Shown piece by piece: positions 20,030 to 30,161 of a stretch of DNA of 64,000 nt. Made by a program: the position numbers and the translations under genes. Below the pieces are notes generated by a model. It did not search any database, was not told the DNA's origin, and saw only the letters and a list, made by a program, of their open reading frames with translations. How positions within the stretch are numbered: the stretch's first letter is position 1; each line of letters opens with the position of its first letter. Source of the stretch: Pseudomonadales bacterium (GTDB lineage Bacteria > Pseudomonadota > Gammaproteobacteria > Pseudomonadales > JAHRWD01); the NCBI GenBank assembly GCA_016763075.1, contig JAESUM010000068.1, forward strand, positions 13,051-77,050, in the 5' to 3' direction.

Positions 20030-21515
20030 AATTGATTTTTGACCATAGCCGAGCAGGCTGCAGCGCCACGGCGCAATCACCACGGCCTTTACAGAATTTG
20101 GCCAGCGCAGAAAGCGCTCTTGATGACTTACCACAAGAGTTACTGCGCAAAACCGCCGCAGCACTGCCGGAAGTATCGGAGCTGCAAACCGTGCGCCATT
20201 ACACCAAACTATCCCAGCGCAATTTTTCGATCGACACGCACTTTTACCCACTGGTTCCTGCACCATGAAGTACAACCCGCGAGGCGCACATCGCGCTGCA
20301 AGCCTGCCGGGTTTTCTCGATCGCCACCCGTTGGCACCGGCATCTTTAAGCCAGGGTTATTTGGCCAGCGTATTTGAATTACAAGAATTGTTACAAGAGC
20401 TCACCGGAATGAAGGGCTCGTCTCTCACACCAATGGCCGGTGCGCAGGGCGAGTTTGCAGGCGTTGCAATGATTCGCGCCTACCACGAGTCCCGCGGTGA
20501 TGATCAACGTCAAGAAATTCTGATCCCCGAAACCGCCCACGGCACCAACCCTGCAACCGCCACTATGTGTGGCTACCGAGTTCGCGAGGTACCTGTTCTG
20601 GCCAATGGCGATGTCTGCATCGAGGCACTAAAAGAAGCCGTTGGCGAACAAACCGCCGGGCTGATGATGACCAACCCATCAACGGGCGGGGTGTTCGAAC
20701 GTAATATCAAACAAATCGCCGAAATCGTACACCAGGCAGGTGGCCTGCTTTATTACGACGGTGCCAATCTCAATGCTATTATGGGCAAAGTGCGCCCCGG
20801 TGACATGGGTTTTGATGTACTCCACATGAACCTACACAAAACCTTTGCTACCCCCCACGGCGGTGGCGGCCCCGGTGCTGGGCCGGTTGCGGTTAACGAA
20901 CGACTGCTGCCGTTTTTGCCTACTCCGATAGTTGGGTTTGAACAAAACCCAGAAGGCGAGCGCAGCTACCGTTGGCTCGATAAAAAAGACATTCCGCAGA
21001 CCATTGGCCGGCTTTCGGCATTTATGGGTAACGCCGGCATCTTGTTGCGCGCCCTGAGTTACGGCTTGCTACTTGGCCGCGACGGCCTGACCCGTGCATC
21101 ACAGTTCGCCACGCTCAACGCCAATTACATGGCCAAACGCCTGCAAAATGCCGGCTTTGAACTAGCCTACCCGGATCGCCGCGCGACACACGAATTCATC
21201 ATCACCTTCAAAAAAGAAGCCAAAGAGCTGCACGTTAGCGCCATGGACATTGCCAAACGGCTGCTCGACTACGGAGTGCATGCCCCCACCACCTACTTTC
21301 CGCTGGTGATTCCCGAGTGCTTTTTGATCGAACCAACAGAAACTGAAAGCAAAGAAGAGCTAGATGGCTTTATCGATGCGTTAATTCAGATTCTAGAGGA
21401 AGCAAAACAAAACCCCGAGCTACTAACCAGCGCGCCACACACCATGCCGGTTGGCAGGCTGGATGACGTAAAAGCAGCACGCGAGCTTAACCTGGCCTGG
21501 CCCGGTAACGCATAA
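20026..21515 (+). pseudogene. gcvPB: glycine dehydrogenase subunit 2, interrupted by a 1-nt frameshift at about 20254 (or an assembly error)
   Basis: The N-terminal 80 codons ([11 protein letters not shown]...[10 protein letters not shown]) end at TGA 20266-68. The rest (MKYNPRGAH...) reads in the -1 frame from 20265. Adding one G after 20254 restores the conserved [13 protein letters not shown]. Confidence 0.85.
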
Positions 21516-21519
21516 AACC

Positions 21520-21540
21520 AGCCTCTGTTTAACAGAGGCT
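21520..21540 (+). terminator. hairpin terminator after gcvPB
   Basis: AGCCTCTG-tttaa-CAGAGGCT, 5 nt after the stop codon. The downstream T tract is modest. Confidence 0.5.
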
Positions 21541-21682
21541 CATTCTTCAAGTTAGCGCTCAACCCATCACCGAAACGATATTTTAGCTAGCCTATATTTG
21601 ACAGCGTAGTTTTTTAGCGCACTTATACCGCGCTGTATTTCGCGCACTATAAATTTACCCAACAACAACCTGGACACTTAAC

Positions 21683-22918
21683 ATGACCGAAGCCACTTTG
21701 CGCCTTAAGAAAAACGGCGAACGCCGAATCCGCCGCGGTCACCCCTGGGTGTACAGCAACGAAATCGATATCGCTAAAACCCCCTTAAAAGGGCTGACAG
21801 CAGGTATTCAAGCCACCATCGAAGCCTATGATGGCAAGCCACTCGGTAGCGCCTGCATCAACCCCGGCGCGCTGATTCGCGGGCGGCTTTACAGCCGCAG
21901 TGGCGGAACATTGCTAGATATCAGACTGATTTCGCGATTACTAAAGAAAGCGCTTTTACTGCGTGAGAAGCTATTCTCGGCTCCCTACTACCGGCTTTGT
22001 TACGGCGACGGCGATGGCCTTTCTGGGCTAGTGATAGACCGTTACGGCGATGTGCTGGTGGTCCAAATTTCGACTGCCGGAATGGAAGCGCTCAAGCAAC
22101 CCATCATCGATGTATTGCAGAAAATACTGTCACCCAAAACCATTTTGCTAAAAAACGACAGCGGCCAACGGGTGCTGGAAGGGTTAGAAAAATACAGCGA
22201 AGTAGTGGTGGGTACGCTTGATGAACTCACCCCCCTTGAAGAAAACGGCGTACGTTTTCTTGCGCCGCTGGCCAAGGGCCAAAAAACCGGCTGGTTTTAC
22301 GACCACCGCTTTAACCGCGCCCAGCTCAGCCGTTACGTAAACGGCATGCGCGTACTCGACTTATACAGCTACGTCGGCGGTTGGGGCATTCAAGCTGCCA
22401 CCTTTGGAGCCAGCGAAGTGGTGATGGTAGACAGCTCAACCCTGGCATTAGAAGTGGCCGGTGAAAATGCCCGTTTGAATGAAGTACAGGACAAATGCAA
22501 AACCGTTCATGCAGAAGTATTGGAAGCGCTAAAACAGTTTCGTGCCGACGGCGAGAAATTCGACATGGTAATTCTCGATCCACCTGCGTTAATCAAACGT
22601 AAAAAAGACCAGCGCAAAGGCGAAGAGCATTACCACAACCTCAATCAGCAAGCCGTACAGCTGTTAAACCCCAATGGCTTTTTGGTTTCTGGCTCCTGCT
22701 CAATGAACCTTTCCGAAGAGCGCCTTATCGATATTCTCGGCACCGCCGCCCATCGCAACGGCCGCACTATTCAAATTTTAGAAAAAGGTGGCTTAGGGGC
22801 CGATCACCCACTGAGCCCAGCGATACCTGAAATGGATTATTTGAAATCGGTGTTTTGTTACATGACTAAGAATCATATTCAGCATCAAACAACACAAGAA
22901 AGTAATACTGATTCGTAA
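21683..22918 (+). CDS. rlmI: 23S rRNA m5C1962 methyltransferase RlmI-like (PUA + class I SAM MTase)
   Basis: 411 aa. The N-terminus LKKNGERRIRRGHPWVYSNEI resembles RlmI. SAM-binding motif VLDLYSYVGGWG. Confidence 0.75.
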   Translation: MTEATLRLKKNGERRIRRGHPWVYSNEIDIAKTPLKGLTAGIQATIEAYDGKPLGSACINPGALIRGRLYSRSGGTLLDIRLISRLLKKALLLREKLFSAPYYRLCYGDGDGLSGLVIDRYGDVLVVQISTAGMEALKQPIIDVLQKILSPKTILLKNDSGQRVLEGLEKYSEVVVGTLDELTPLEENGVRFLAPLAKGQKTGWFYDHRFNRAQLSRYVNGMRVLDLYSYVGGWGIQAATFGASEVVMVDSSTLALEVAGENARLNEVQDKCKTVHAEVLEALKQFRADGEKFDMVILDPPALIKRKKDQRKGEEHYHNLNQQAVQLLNPNGFLVSGSCSMNLSEERLIDILGTAAHRNGRTIQILEKGGLGADHPLSPAIPEMDYLKSVFCYMTKNHIQHQTTQESNTDS

Positions 22919-22979
22919 TCCAAGCGCTGGCGGGCTTACCCACCGCCATGATTTCAAAAGGCACACATTGTGCTAAATT

Positions 22980-23258
22980 ATGGCGGTGGGTCATCACGCA
23001 TGGAATGCAAAAAAGAATGCCAAGCTAATCGCGGCATCTCTTTTGAACGTATTATTTACCATATAGAAAGGGATGGCCTGTTAGATGTCATAGGCCATCC
23101 CAACCCTGCAAAATACCCCAATCAAAAATGTTCATCGTAAACAGTAGCCAATACGCTTATTTGGTTCCTTTTGTTGAGACAGACACAGAAATTTTTTAAA
23201 AACAATCATTCCCCGCAGGAAAGCCACCAAAAAATATCTTGAGGTGAATAAGTCATGA
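22980..23258 (+). pseudogene. BrnT/DUF497-like toxin gene inactivated by three -1 frameshifts
   Basis: Four frame segments: MAVGHHAWNAKKNAKLI / RGISFERIIYHIERDGLLDVIGHPNPAKYPNQK / MFIVNSSQYAYLVPFVETDTEIF / LKTIIPRRKATKKYLEVNKS*. The final TGA overlaps the antitoxin ATG. Lesions lie near 23029, in the A5 run 23124-28 and in the T6 run 23192-97. Confidence 0.6.
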
Positions 23259-23533
23259 GTAATCAGCTAACCAAAAAAGAAGAGCAAGAACTTCTTGAGT
23301 CCTATGAAAAAGGTGAATGGGTATCTGTTTCAAAGCCATCGGATATTGCCCGATATAAAACCGCCGCAAAGAATACTTTTAAAAAAGACAAACGCGTCAA
23401 TATTCGTATATCAGAACTGGATCTTGAGTTATTGCAGGAGCGGGCACTGATTGAAGGGCTGCCTTATCAAACCCTAATGTCGAGTGTGCTGCATAAATAT
23501 GTTACTGGGCGACTGACTGATAAAGGCATATAA
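23255..23533 (+). CDS. BrnA-like / CopG ribbon-helix-helix antitoxin
   Basis: 92 aa, intact. ...KDKRVNIRISELDLELLQERALIEGLPYQTLMSSVLHKYVTGRL is typical of RHH antitoxins paired with BrnT-type toxins. Confidence 0.65.
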   Translation: MSNQLTKKEEQELLESYEKGEWVSVSKPSDIARYKTAAKNTFKKDKRVNIRISELDLELLQERALIEGLPYQTLMSSVLHKYVTGRLTDKGI

Positions 23534-23569
23534 ATTTACAATGTTTTCTTTTCTTAAACAGTAGATACC

Positions 23570-23965
23570 ATGAATTTACAGGAACTTACTCCATCTGAAA
23601 AAATCCTTCTGGCCGATAAGCTATGGGGTAGCGTGGCTTCTGATGATAAATTATTCCCATTAACTAAAGACCAGAAAGCAGTGCTTGATGCTCACCTCGC
23701 AAGCTACTCTAGTAATCCTCAAGAAGGCGATTCATGGATTCAAATCATAAGAGATGAAGAAAAACAAATGTTAAGAATAATTCTACTCATACTAAATTTG
23801 TCCGCATTAGCTTGGATCGGTTACGTAACCCAAAATGACGGAATAAAAAACTTGAACGGCGGTTTGCTGCTAGTTGGTATATGCACTTTCCTTTTCGGTA
23901 ATGTTTATTACATCTATAGGCATGCAGCGTCTAAAAAAATAGACCTTGGGTTGGCTTATACCTAG
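23570..23965 (+). CDS. addiction-module antitoxin-like N-terminal domain fused to a two-TM C-terminal tail
   Basis: 131 aa. Residues 1-60 (LTPSEKILLADKLWGSV...LTKDQKAVLDAHLASYSSNPQEGDSW) resemble the 'putative addiction module component' antitoxin family. Residues about 68-125 form two hydrophobic helices (LRIILLILNLSALAWIGYV, GGLLLVGICTFLFGNVYYIY). Confidence 0.5.
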   Translation: MNLQELTPSEKILLADKLWGSVASDDKLFPLTKDQKAVLDAHLASYSSNPQEGDSWIQIIRDEEKQMLRIILLILNLSALAWIGYVTQNDGIKNLNGGLLLVGICTFLFGNVYYIYRHAASKKIDLGLAYT

Positions 23966-23997
23966 AGAGAAAAGCCATGGAGGAACAAAATAAAATT

Positions 23998-24023
23998 TAA
24001 GAGCTTCAATCATAAAGCTCTTA
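23998..24023 (-). terminator. hairpin terminator downstream of the HAD-IB gene
   Basis: TAAGAGCTT-caatcata-AAGCTCTTA, a 9-bp perfect stem. On the minus strand it is followed by AAATTTTATTTT. Confidence 0.5.
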
Positions 24024-24094
24024 GCATCATGTACATCAAAAATCACTCCTAAGCCCACATCTTTTATGTCGGTACTGACGCATTCATTCAAAAT

Positions 24095-24751
24095 TCAATC
24101 CCTCAAACTAATCACTTCCCAGCCCTTCTTTTTGGCGAACTCCTCCAGTGCCTCATCGGGATCCACCGCCACCGCACGTTCAACCTGTTCTAGCAACGGA
24201 ATATCATTGTGGGAATCACTGTAAAAAACACTACCTTCTAAACTCATATTATTTTCCTGCAACCACTCGTTCAAACGAACTACTTTACCTTCCTGATAAC
24301 TCGGCACTCCCGCGATTTTACCGGTATAACGTCCGTCAACTTTTTCCGGGTTAGTCGCAATCAGATCATCAACTTCTAGCAGCTTTGCTATTGGCGCCGT
24401 CACGAAATGGTTGGTGGCGGTAATGATTAACAGGTAGTCGCCCTTTTTACGATGCTTATCTAGCAGCTCCGCAGCTTTGGGCAACATGATTGGCTCTATG
24501 TGATGTTGCATAAATTCCTGCTGAAGCTCTGCTAGCAATTCATCACTGAATCGTGTCAGTGGTTCAATGGCGAATTCGATGTAATTGTGGATGTCGAGCT
24601 TGCCATCGAGATAATCCTGGTAAAACTGATCGTTGGTTTTTTTAAAATAGTCCCGATCAACCAATGATTTCTCAATCAGGAATTCACCCCAGGCATGGTC
24701 GCTGTCGCCGGCGATTAAGGTATTGTCGAGATCAAATATTGCTAATGCCAT
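24095..24751 (-). CDS. HAD-IB family hydrolase (phosphoserine-phosphatase-like)
   Basis: 218 aa. Motif I FDLDNTL. Divergent from rppH, as in Pseudomonas-type genomes. Confidence 0.75.
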   Translation of the reverse strand: MALAIFDLDNTLIAGDSDHAWGEFLIEKSLVDRDYFKKTNDQFYQDYLDGKLDIHNYIEFAIEPLTRFSDELLAELQQEFMQHHIEPIMLPKAAELLDKHRKKGDYLLIITATNHFVTAPIAKLLEVDDLIATNPEKVDGRYTGKIAGVPSYQEGKVVRLNEWLQENNMSLEGSVFYSDSHNDIPLLEQVERAVAVDPDEALEEFAKKKGWEVISLRD

Positions 24752-24897
24752 GGAGTACGCCTAGGATGTCGAAAAATAGTAGACCTTCGTACAGGAGCCA
24801 TTTTGCTCCCATGCCGCGTTAAAAACGTGCTCAAAGATCTCTTAAGGTTATAAACGAATAAAAATCCCAATCATGCTGTTACAGGAGTTTTAGAAAA

Positions 24898-25398
24898 ATG
24901 ATTGATGTAGATGGGTACAGACCCAACGTCGGCATCATTATATCAAATCAGCAGGGGCAGTTATTGTGGGCAAAACGGATTGGGCAGGATGCCTGGCAGT
25001 TTCCCCAGGGCGGCATCCAAAAAGGCGAAAACGCCGAGCAAGCGATGTACCGCGAGTTGCACGAAGAAGTTGGTTTGTACCCCCAAGATGTCGAGATCAT
25101 TTCCAGCACCCGTGGCTGGTTACGCTACCGTTTACCAAAAAATTTACTGCGCCCCCGTGGCCGCGCTAAATTTATTGGCCAGAAACAAAAATGGTTTTTG
25201 TTGCGCTTGGCTGCAGATGAACAAAAAATTGCACTGCAGCATTCTGGCACGCCAGAATTCGATGACTGGCGCTGGGTTAGCTATTGGTACCCAATGAGCG
25301 CCGTGGTGCCTTTTAAAAAAGATGTGTACCGCAGCGCGCTTAGAGAGCTACTACGCCCCCTAGAAAAAACCATGAGCCCTGAGCTTCTATACGAGTAA
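24898..25398 (+). CDS. rppH: RNA pyrophosphohydrolase (Nudix)
   Basis: 166 aa. The N-terminus [15 protein letters not shown] and Nudix box [23 protein letters not shown] are typical of RppH/NudH. Confidence 0.9.
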   Translation: MIDVDGYRPNVGIIISNQQGQLLWAKRIGQDAWQFPQGGIQKGENAEQAMYRELHEEVGLYPQDVEIISSTRGWLRYRLPKNLLRPRGRAKFIGQKQKWFLLRLAADEQKIALQHSGTPEFDDWRWVSYWYPMSAVVPFKKDVYRSALRELLRPLEKTMSPELLYE

Positions 25399-25404
25399 CC
25401 AACA

Positions 25405-26178
25405 CTAGCTATTCACCCCAAAGCTGTAGCGCCTGTTTCCGGTTTCTATACCTAACGCGCGGTATCGTGTTTCATCCATTGTGGCCACCGTTTGCGCTGG
25501 GTCCTTGCGCGTCACAATCAACGAGCTGCTCGCACACGTACCGTAATCTTGGCTCCATAAGAATGGGTTATGTTTAATATGATCCAGGTTACTATTGGCT
25601 GTCTTACCGCTATTTGCCTCGGCCTTAACCGGTTGCTGCGCCATCACATGCTGTAGGGTTTGGTGGCTAACCTTGTTTTGCTCTACCAGTTCTTTTAGGC
25701 CCTGCTGGCTACTTTTTGTTTTGGGCCACGTTTCATCAAACAAGTGATTACTCACTCCATGAATGCCTGGCTTGATGGGGTTAAGCCTTTCGGTGCGATT
25801 GGAGTAATGAAACAACTCGTTCAGATCACCCAGCAAAAGGTGAAAACCACCGTATTGCCGCCCAGGTTGCAGCGTTTTAACGTATTGTGCGGGGCTAAGA
25901 TCACCCTGCAAATAATCCTTCGCCAAGTCACCACGGGACACCGGGAAGCGTTTTTTAAGTAGCCCTTCACGAATATTAGTGACGGCGGCAAACCTACCAT
26001 TACGTGTTATGCCAAGCCAAACACCACCTCGTGTTAGGTCCTGGCCTGCTAGCATTTCTCCTTTATTGCCCCAAAACGAGATCGGCGCGCTGGCTCGCTG
26101 ATAGAACTCATCGCGGTTCGCCGCAACAATAAGTGGGTATTCGCGGCTCGTTTGGTAAGCAAGAACAATCAGGCACAT
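25405..26178 (-). CDS. NRDE-family protein (TANGO2/DUF833-like)
   Basis: Preferred start MCLIVLAYQ (26178). Contains the eponymous AANRDEF motif. Confidence 0.7.
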   Translation of the reverse strand: MCLIVLAYQTSREYPLIVAANRDEFYQRASAPISFWGNKGEMLAGQDLTRGGVWLGITRNGRFAAVTNIREGLLKKRFPVSRGDLAKDYLQGDLSPAQYVKTLQPGRQYGGFHLLLGDLNELFHYSNRTERLNPIKPGIHGVSNHLFDETWPKTKSSQQGLKELVEQNKVSHQTLQHVMAQQPVKAEANSGKTANSNLDHIKHNPFLWSQDYGTCASSSLIVTRKDPAQTVATMDETRYRALGIETGNRRYSFGVNS

Positions 26179-26301
26179 ATCATCAGTTATCAAAGTCGTT
26201 GAAGGGGTAGCATTGAAGCTGCGACATCGCTGTCGTACGAATGGTATTATCGCCAGAATTTATAATAAAGAAATCACTTTAAATCTTATTGATAGGCCAT
26301 T

Positions 26302-27096
26302 TTGAGTATTCTCCTTTATCTTTTTATCGGTTCTATCGCCGGGTTACTGGCCGGGCTGTTTGGCGTGGGCGGCGGCGTTGTGATTGTGCCGGTGCTAATT
26401 TTTGTTTTCCGCGACCAAGGGTTTTCAGAGCAAATTTTGACTCACATGGCGGTGGGTACTTCGCTGGCCACCATCATCATTACCTCCTTTAGTTCGGTTT
26501 ATCAGCACCATCAGTCTGGCGCTGTGCAGTGGCGGCTGTTTTTACTGATGGCCATTGGCATCTGCGTTGGCGTGCTGTTTGGGGCGAAAGCCGTGCAGCT
26601 GATGCCTGGCAATGTATTACAGCTCGCCTTTGGCGCGTTCTTGGTATTGATCGCCCTACAAATGGCGTTTGGATTTCAGCCCAAGGCCGCGGGCACCAGC
26701 CACGGCAAGCCTCTTTTAGTAGGTTCCGGTGGTGTGATTGGCTTTTTCTCTGCGATGTTTGGCATTGGTGGCGGTTCACTAAGCGTGCCATTTTTAACGT
26801 GGCGCGGCATTGCTATGCAAAAGGCTGTGGCTACCTCTGCTGCCTGCGGTTTACCCATTGCGATTGTCGGTGCAGGAGCCAATATTGTAAATGGCTGGGG
26901 GCACCCAGCATTGCCCAGCAACAGCACTGGATTTGTATATTGGCCGGCCTTTTTTGGCGTCGTGATTACCAGTACGATAGTCGCTAACTGGAGTGCAAAA
27001 CTGGCTCACCGTGTTCCGCAGCAATTGCTTAAACGGCTTTTTGGCGGCCTTTTGCTACTCGTTGGTTTGCAATTTTTAATCCGAAACAGCTTTTAA
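26302..27096 (+). CDS. TauE/SafE-family anion exporter (membrane protein)
   Basis: 264 aa, polytopic. Repeated GxGGG motifs (GLFGVGGGVVIVP, MFGIGGGSLSVP). Confidence 0.75.
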   Translation: MSILLYLFIGSIAGLLAGLFGVGGGVVIVPVLIFVFRDQGFSEQILTHMAVGTSLATIIITSFSSVYQHHQSGAVQWRLFLLMAIGICVGVLFGAKAVQLMPGNVLQLAFGAFLVLIALQMAFGFQPKAAGTSHGKPLLVGSGGVIGFFSAMFGIGGGSLSVPFLTWRGIAMQKAVATSAACGLPIAIVGAGANIVNGWGHPALPSNSTGFVYWPAFFGVVITSTIVANWSAKLAHRVPQQLLKRLFGGLLLLVGLQFLIRNSF

Positions 27097-27169
27097 AGCG
27101 GCTATATCCGCACAGAATTAGCACACAATCAACACACAACTTTTGAATGAATTTTAAGACAGGTACACC

Positions 27170-27970
27170 ATGCTCAGTTACCCCAACATTGACCCGGTCG
27201 CCATTGCTATTGGCCCACTAAAAGTACATTGGTACGGCGTGATGTACTTGGTGGCCTTTGGTGCAGCCTGGTGGCTGGGCAACAGGCGCGCAAGCAAACC
27301 CGGCTCGGTTTTTACTAAGGAGCAAGTCAGCGACCTGATCTTTTACGGAGCGCTGGGGGCTGTTCTTGGTGGGCGATTCGGCTATGTGATTTTTTACAAC
27401 TGGGCAACCTTTGTGCAAGACCCGTTGTGGCTGTTTGAAGTATGGACCGGCGGCATGTCGTTTCATGGCGGGTTACTTGGGGTAGGGGTGGCTATTTGGC
27501 TGTTTGCCCGCAAGACCGGCCATAGTTTTTTTACCGTTGGAGATTTCGTCGCACCGCTGGTACCCATTGGGCTTGGCGCAGGCAGACTGGGCAATTTCAT
27601 TGGCGGCGAACTGTGGGGCCGAGCAACGGATGCGCCCTGGGGCATGATTTTCCCAACGGATCGTTTGCAGTTGGTGCGTCACCCATCGCAGCTTTATCAG
27701 CTGTTTCTTGAAGGATTTGTACTGTATACTATTGTTTGGTGGTATTCGTCCAAACCACGGCCCAAAATGTCGGTCAGCGGGCTGTTTATTGCTTGTTATG
27801 GATTCCAGCGCTTTTTGGTCGAGTTTGTTCGAGAACCTGATTCCCATATCGGTTTTGACGCCATGGGCTGGCTCACTCGCGGGCAAATACTCTCTTCACC
27901 GATGATCGTGATCGGTATTTTTATGATGATACTCGCTTACCAACACGCAAAAGGCCCTGCTCACAAATGA
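27170..27970 (+). CDS. lgt: phosphatidylglycerol-prolipoprotein diacylglyceryl transferase
   Basis: 266 aa. [11 protein letters not shown] and GRLGNFINGEL-like ([14 protein letters not shown]) Lgt signatures. 4-nt overlap with thyA. Confidence 0.9.
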   Translation: MLSYPNIDPVAIAIGPLKVHWYGVMYLVAFGAAWWLGNRRASKPGSVFTKEQVSDLIFYGALGAVLGGRFGYVIFYNWATFVQDPLWLFEVWTGGMSFHGGLLGVGVAIWLFARKTGHSFFTVGDFVAPLVPIGLGAGRLGNFIGGELWGRATDAPWGMIFPTDRLQLVRHPSQLYQLFLEGFVLYTIVWWYSSKPRPKMSVSGLFIACYGFQRFLVEFVREPDSHIGFDAMGWLTRGQILSSPMIVIGIFMMILAYQHAKGPAHK

Positions 27971-28761
27971 AAAACTACCTCGAGCTGCTGGAAGATATTC
28001 TTAAAAATGGCACAACAAAAGAAGACCGAACCGGTGTCGGCACCGTCTCCGTATTTGGTCGGCAAATGCGTTTTGACCTCTCTAAAGGTTTCCCGTTAGT
28101 TACTACCAAAAAATGCCATCTTCGCTCGATCATTCATGAACTTCTGTGGTTTCTTAGTGGTGACACCAATATTCGTTATCTCAAAGAAAACAGCGTAACG
28201 ATTTGGGATGAATGGGCTGATGAAAATGGTGACTTGGGTCCAATTTACGGGCATCAATGGAGGTCTTGGCCCACTCCCAACGGTGATAGCATGGACCAGA
28301 TCAGCATGGTGATCGAGCAAATCAAAAACAACCCGAATTCACGCCGTCATATTGTCAGCGCTTGGAATGTCGCCGAAGTCGAAAACATGGCATTACCGCC
28401 GTGCCACCTGCTGTTTCAATTTTACGTGGCTGATGGAAAGCTTTCCTGTCAGTTATACCAGCGCAGCTGCGATACTTTTTTGGGTGTTCCCTTCAACATT
28501 GCTTCCTATGCACTGCTTACCCATATGGTGGCGCAACAATGCGATTTAAAAGTCGGCGATTTTGTTTGGTGCGGGGGTGATACGCACCTGTACTTGAATC
28601 ATCTTGAGCAAACTAAACTGCAGCTCTCGCGCACGCCATTCGCATTGCCAACTCTCAACATCTTGCGTAAACCCGAAACTATCTTTGATTATAAATTCGA
28701 AGATTTCGACATTACAAATTACCAAGCTCACCCCTCTATTAAAGCGCCCATTGCAATATAA
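27967..28761 (+). CDS. thyA: thymidylate synthase (ThyA type)
   Basis: 264 aa. [24 protein letters not shown] and active-site PPCH ([13 protein letters not shown]). Confidence 0.95.
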   Translation: MKNYLELLEDILKNGTTKEDRTGVGTVSVFGRQMRFDLSKGFPLVTTKKCHLRSIIHELLWFLSGDTNIRYLKENSVTIWDEWADENGDLGPIYGHQWRSWPTPNGDSMDQISMVIEQIKNNPNSRRHIVSAWNVAEVENMALPPCHLLFQFYVADGKLSCQLYQRSCDTFLGVPFNIASYALLTHMVAQQCDLKVGDFVWCGGDTHLYLNHLEQTKLQLSRTPFALPTLNILRKPETIFDYKFEDFDITNYQAHPSIKAPIAI

Positions 28762-28916
28762 ACAGCGGGGGCATGTGCGATATTGCGAGCCACATCACTT
28801 TCTTGACGCTTTATCTGTGATACTCGTCGAAGTAGCTATAGTTACGTGCGTGTCCTAAACTACACCGATTCAACTATTCCCCTTTTTATTTATTTCCCGC
28901 CTAGGAAAATACAACT

Positions 28917-30143
28917 ATGGAACATACCCCAATGACCACAAAGCTAATGCTAGGAGCCGTTGGACTTGCCTCAATGTGCGTTGTAGGAAACGTTAGTGCC
29001 GTGCCATTCAGCCCATTTGATGCACGGGCAATGGGTATGGGCGGAACCGGCGTTGCCTCGGCAAAAAGCGCCAGCGCTGCCAACTTCAACCCGGCTTTGC
29101 TGGCTTCGCAATCTGACGAAGATGATTTTGGAATGATCTTCCCAGCGCTTGGCCTTATAGCAACCGACGCCGACGATTTGATCGACGGCATTGACGGCAT
29201 CCAAGACAACAATCTTGATGCACTAAGTGATGCCATCACCGCCAGCAACATTCCTGCTATTGAACAAGCCGCTGGGGATTTGGCCGCCGCGCTACGTGAT
29301 ATCAATGGCGATAGCATTCAGCTATCGTTGGGTGGCGGCGCAAGCTTTTCAATACCCAGCAAGAAATTCGGCGTAGCACTGAATATTTCATCCTTCACAA
29401 CCGTAGCAATCAGCCCTGAAATAAGCACTGCTGATCTTGCCGCGATTGACAGCATTGCCGTCGGTTACACCGGCCAAGCCGACCCAACCGACTCACTCAC
29501 CTCAACCGTAAACGCAGTGGCGGTAGGCGTGGTAGAAGTTGGACTGACATTTGCCCGTGCGTTTAATAGCGCCGGCGGATGGGCCATGGGTATCACCCCA
29601 AAGCTACAACAGGTCATCACATATGATTACCAAGTGAGTTTTGATGCTGACGAAGGAGAAGGGTTTGATTCTGGCGATATTTCAGACTCCGAAGAATCAG
29701 AATCATTTTTTAACGTCGATGTTGGTTTCAGTAAACAATTTGGCTCAACCAAAAGCTGGCAGGTTGGATTGGTTGTAAAAAACCTTATCGAACAAGAAGT
29801 CACCAGCGCGCTGGGAAAAACGCTGTCGATTGCTCCTCAGGCGCGTATCGGCCTTGCTCATAGCACCAGCTGGAGCACTGTAGCTATCGACCTAGATTTA
29901 ACCGAAAACGACTCGGCAATTGTAGGCGACAGCACTCAGTACTTAGCGGCTGGCATCGAACTGAACGCGTTTGATACCGCGCAAATCCGCCTTGGGTACC
30001 GCCACAACCTTAGCGATGACAATGGCGAAGATCTGGTCACCGCAGGCTTAGGTTTATCTCCACTCGGGATCAGCCTCGAAATCAGCGCAATCGCCAGTGA
30101 AAATACCGTCGGCCTGGTATTTCAAACCGGCTTCCGCTTCTAG
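28917..30143 (+). CDS. TraF-like outer-membrane beta-barrel protein (non-conjugative 'TraF_2' type)
   Basis: 408 aa. Signal peptide, ARAMGMGGTGVA motif, alternating beta-strand pattern, and a C-terminal ...FQTGFRF ending in Phe (OMP beta-signal). Confidence 0.6.
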   Translation: MEHTPMTTKLMLGAVGLASMCVVGNVSAVPFSPFDARAMGMGGTGVASAKSASAANFNPALLASQSDEDDFGMIFPALGLIATDADDLIDGIDGIQDNNLDALSDAITASNIPAIEQAAGDLAAALRDINGDSIQLSLGGGASFSIPSKKFGVALNISSFTTVAISPEISTADLAAIDSIAVGYTGQADPTDSLTSTVNAVAVGVVEVGLTFARAFNSAGGWAMGITPKLQQVITYDYQVSFDADEGEGFDSGDISDSEESESFFNVDVGFSKQFGSTKSWQVGLVVKNLIEQEVTSALGKTLSIAPQARIGLAHSTSWSTVAIDLDLTENDSAIVGDSTQYLAAGIELNAFDTAQIRLGYRHNLSDDNGEDLVTAGLGLSPLGISLEISAIASENTVGLVFQTGFRF

Positions 30144-30161
30144 CACCCATTCAAAAAACGT

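Noticed and set aside
28917-30143. The TraF-like gene as evidence of a conjugative element
   Set aside because: There are no other tra/trb, relaxase, T4SS or integrase genes in the window. This family of TraF-named barrels occurs chromosomally without conjugation machinery.
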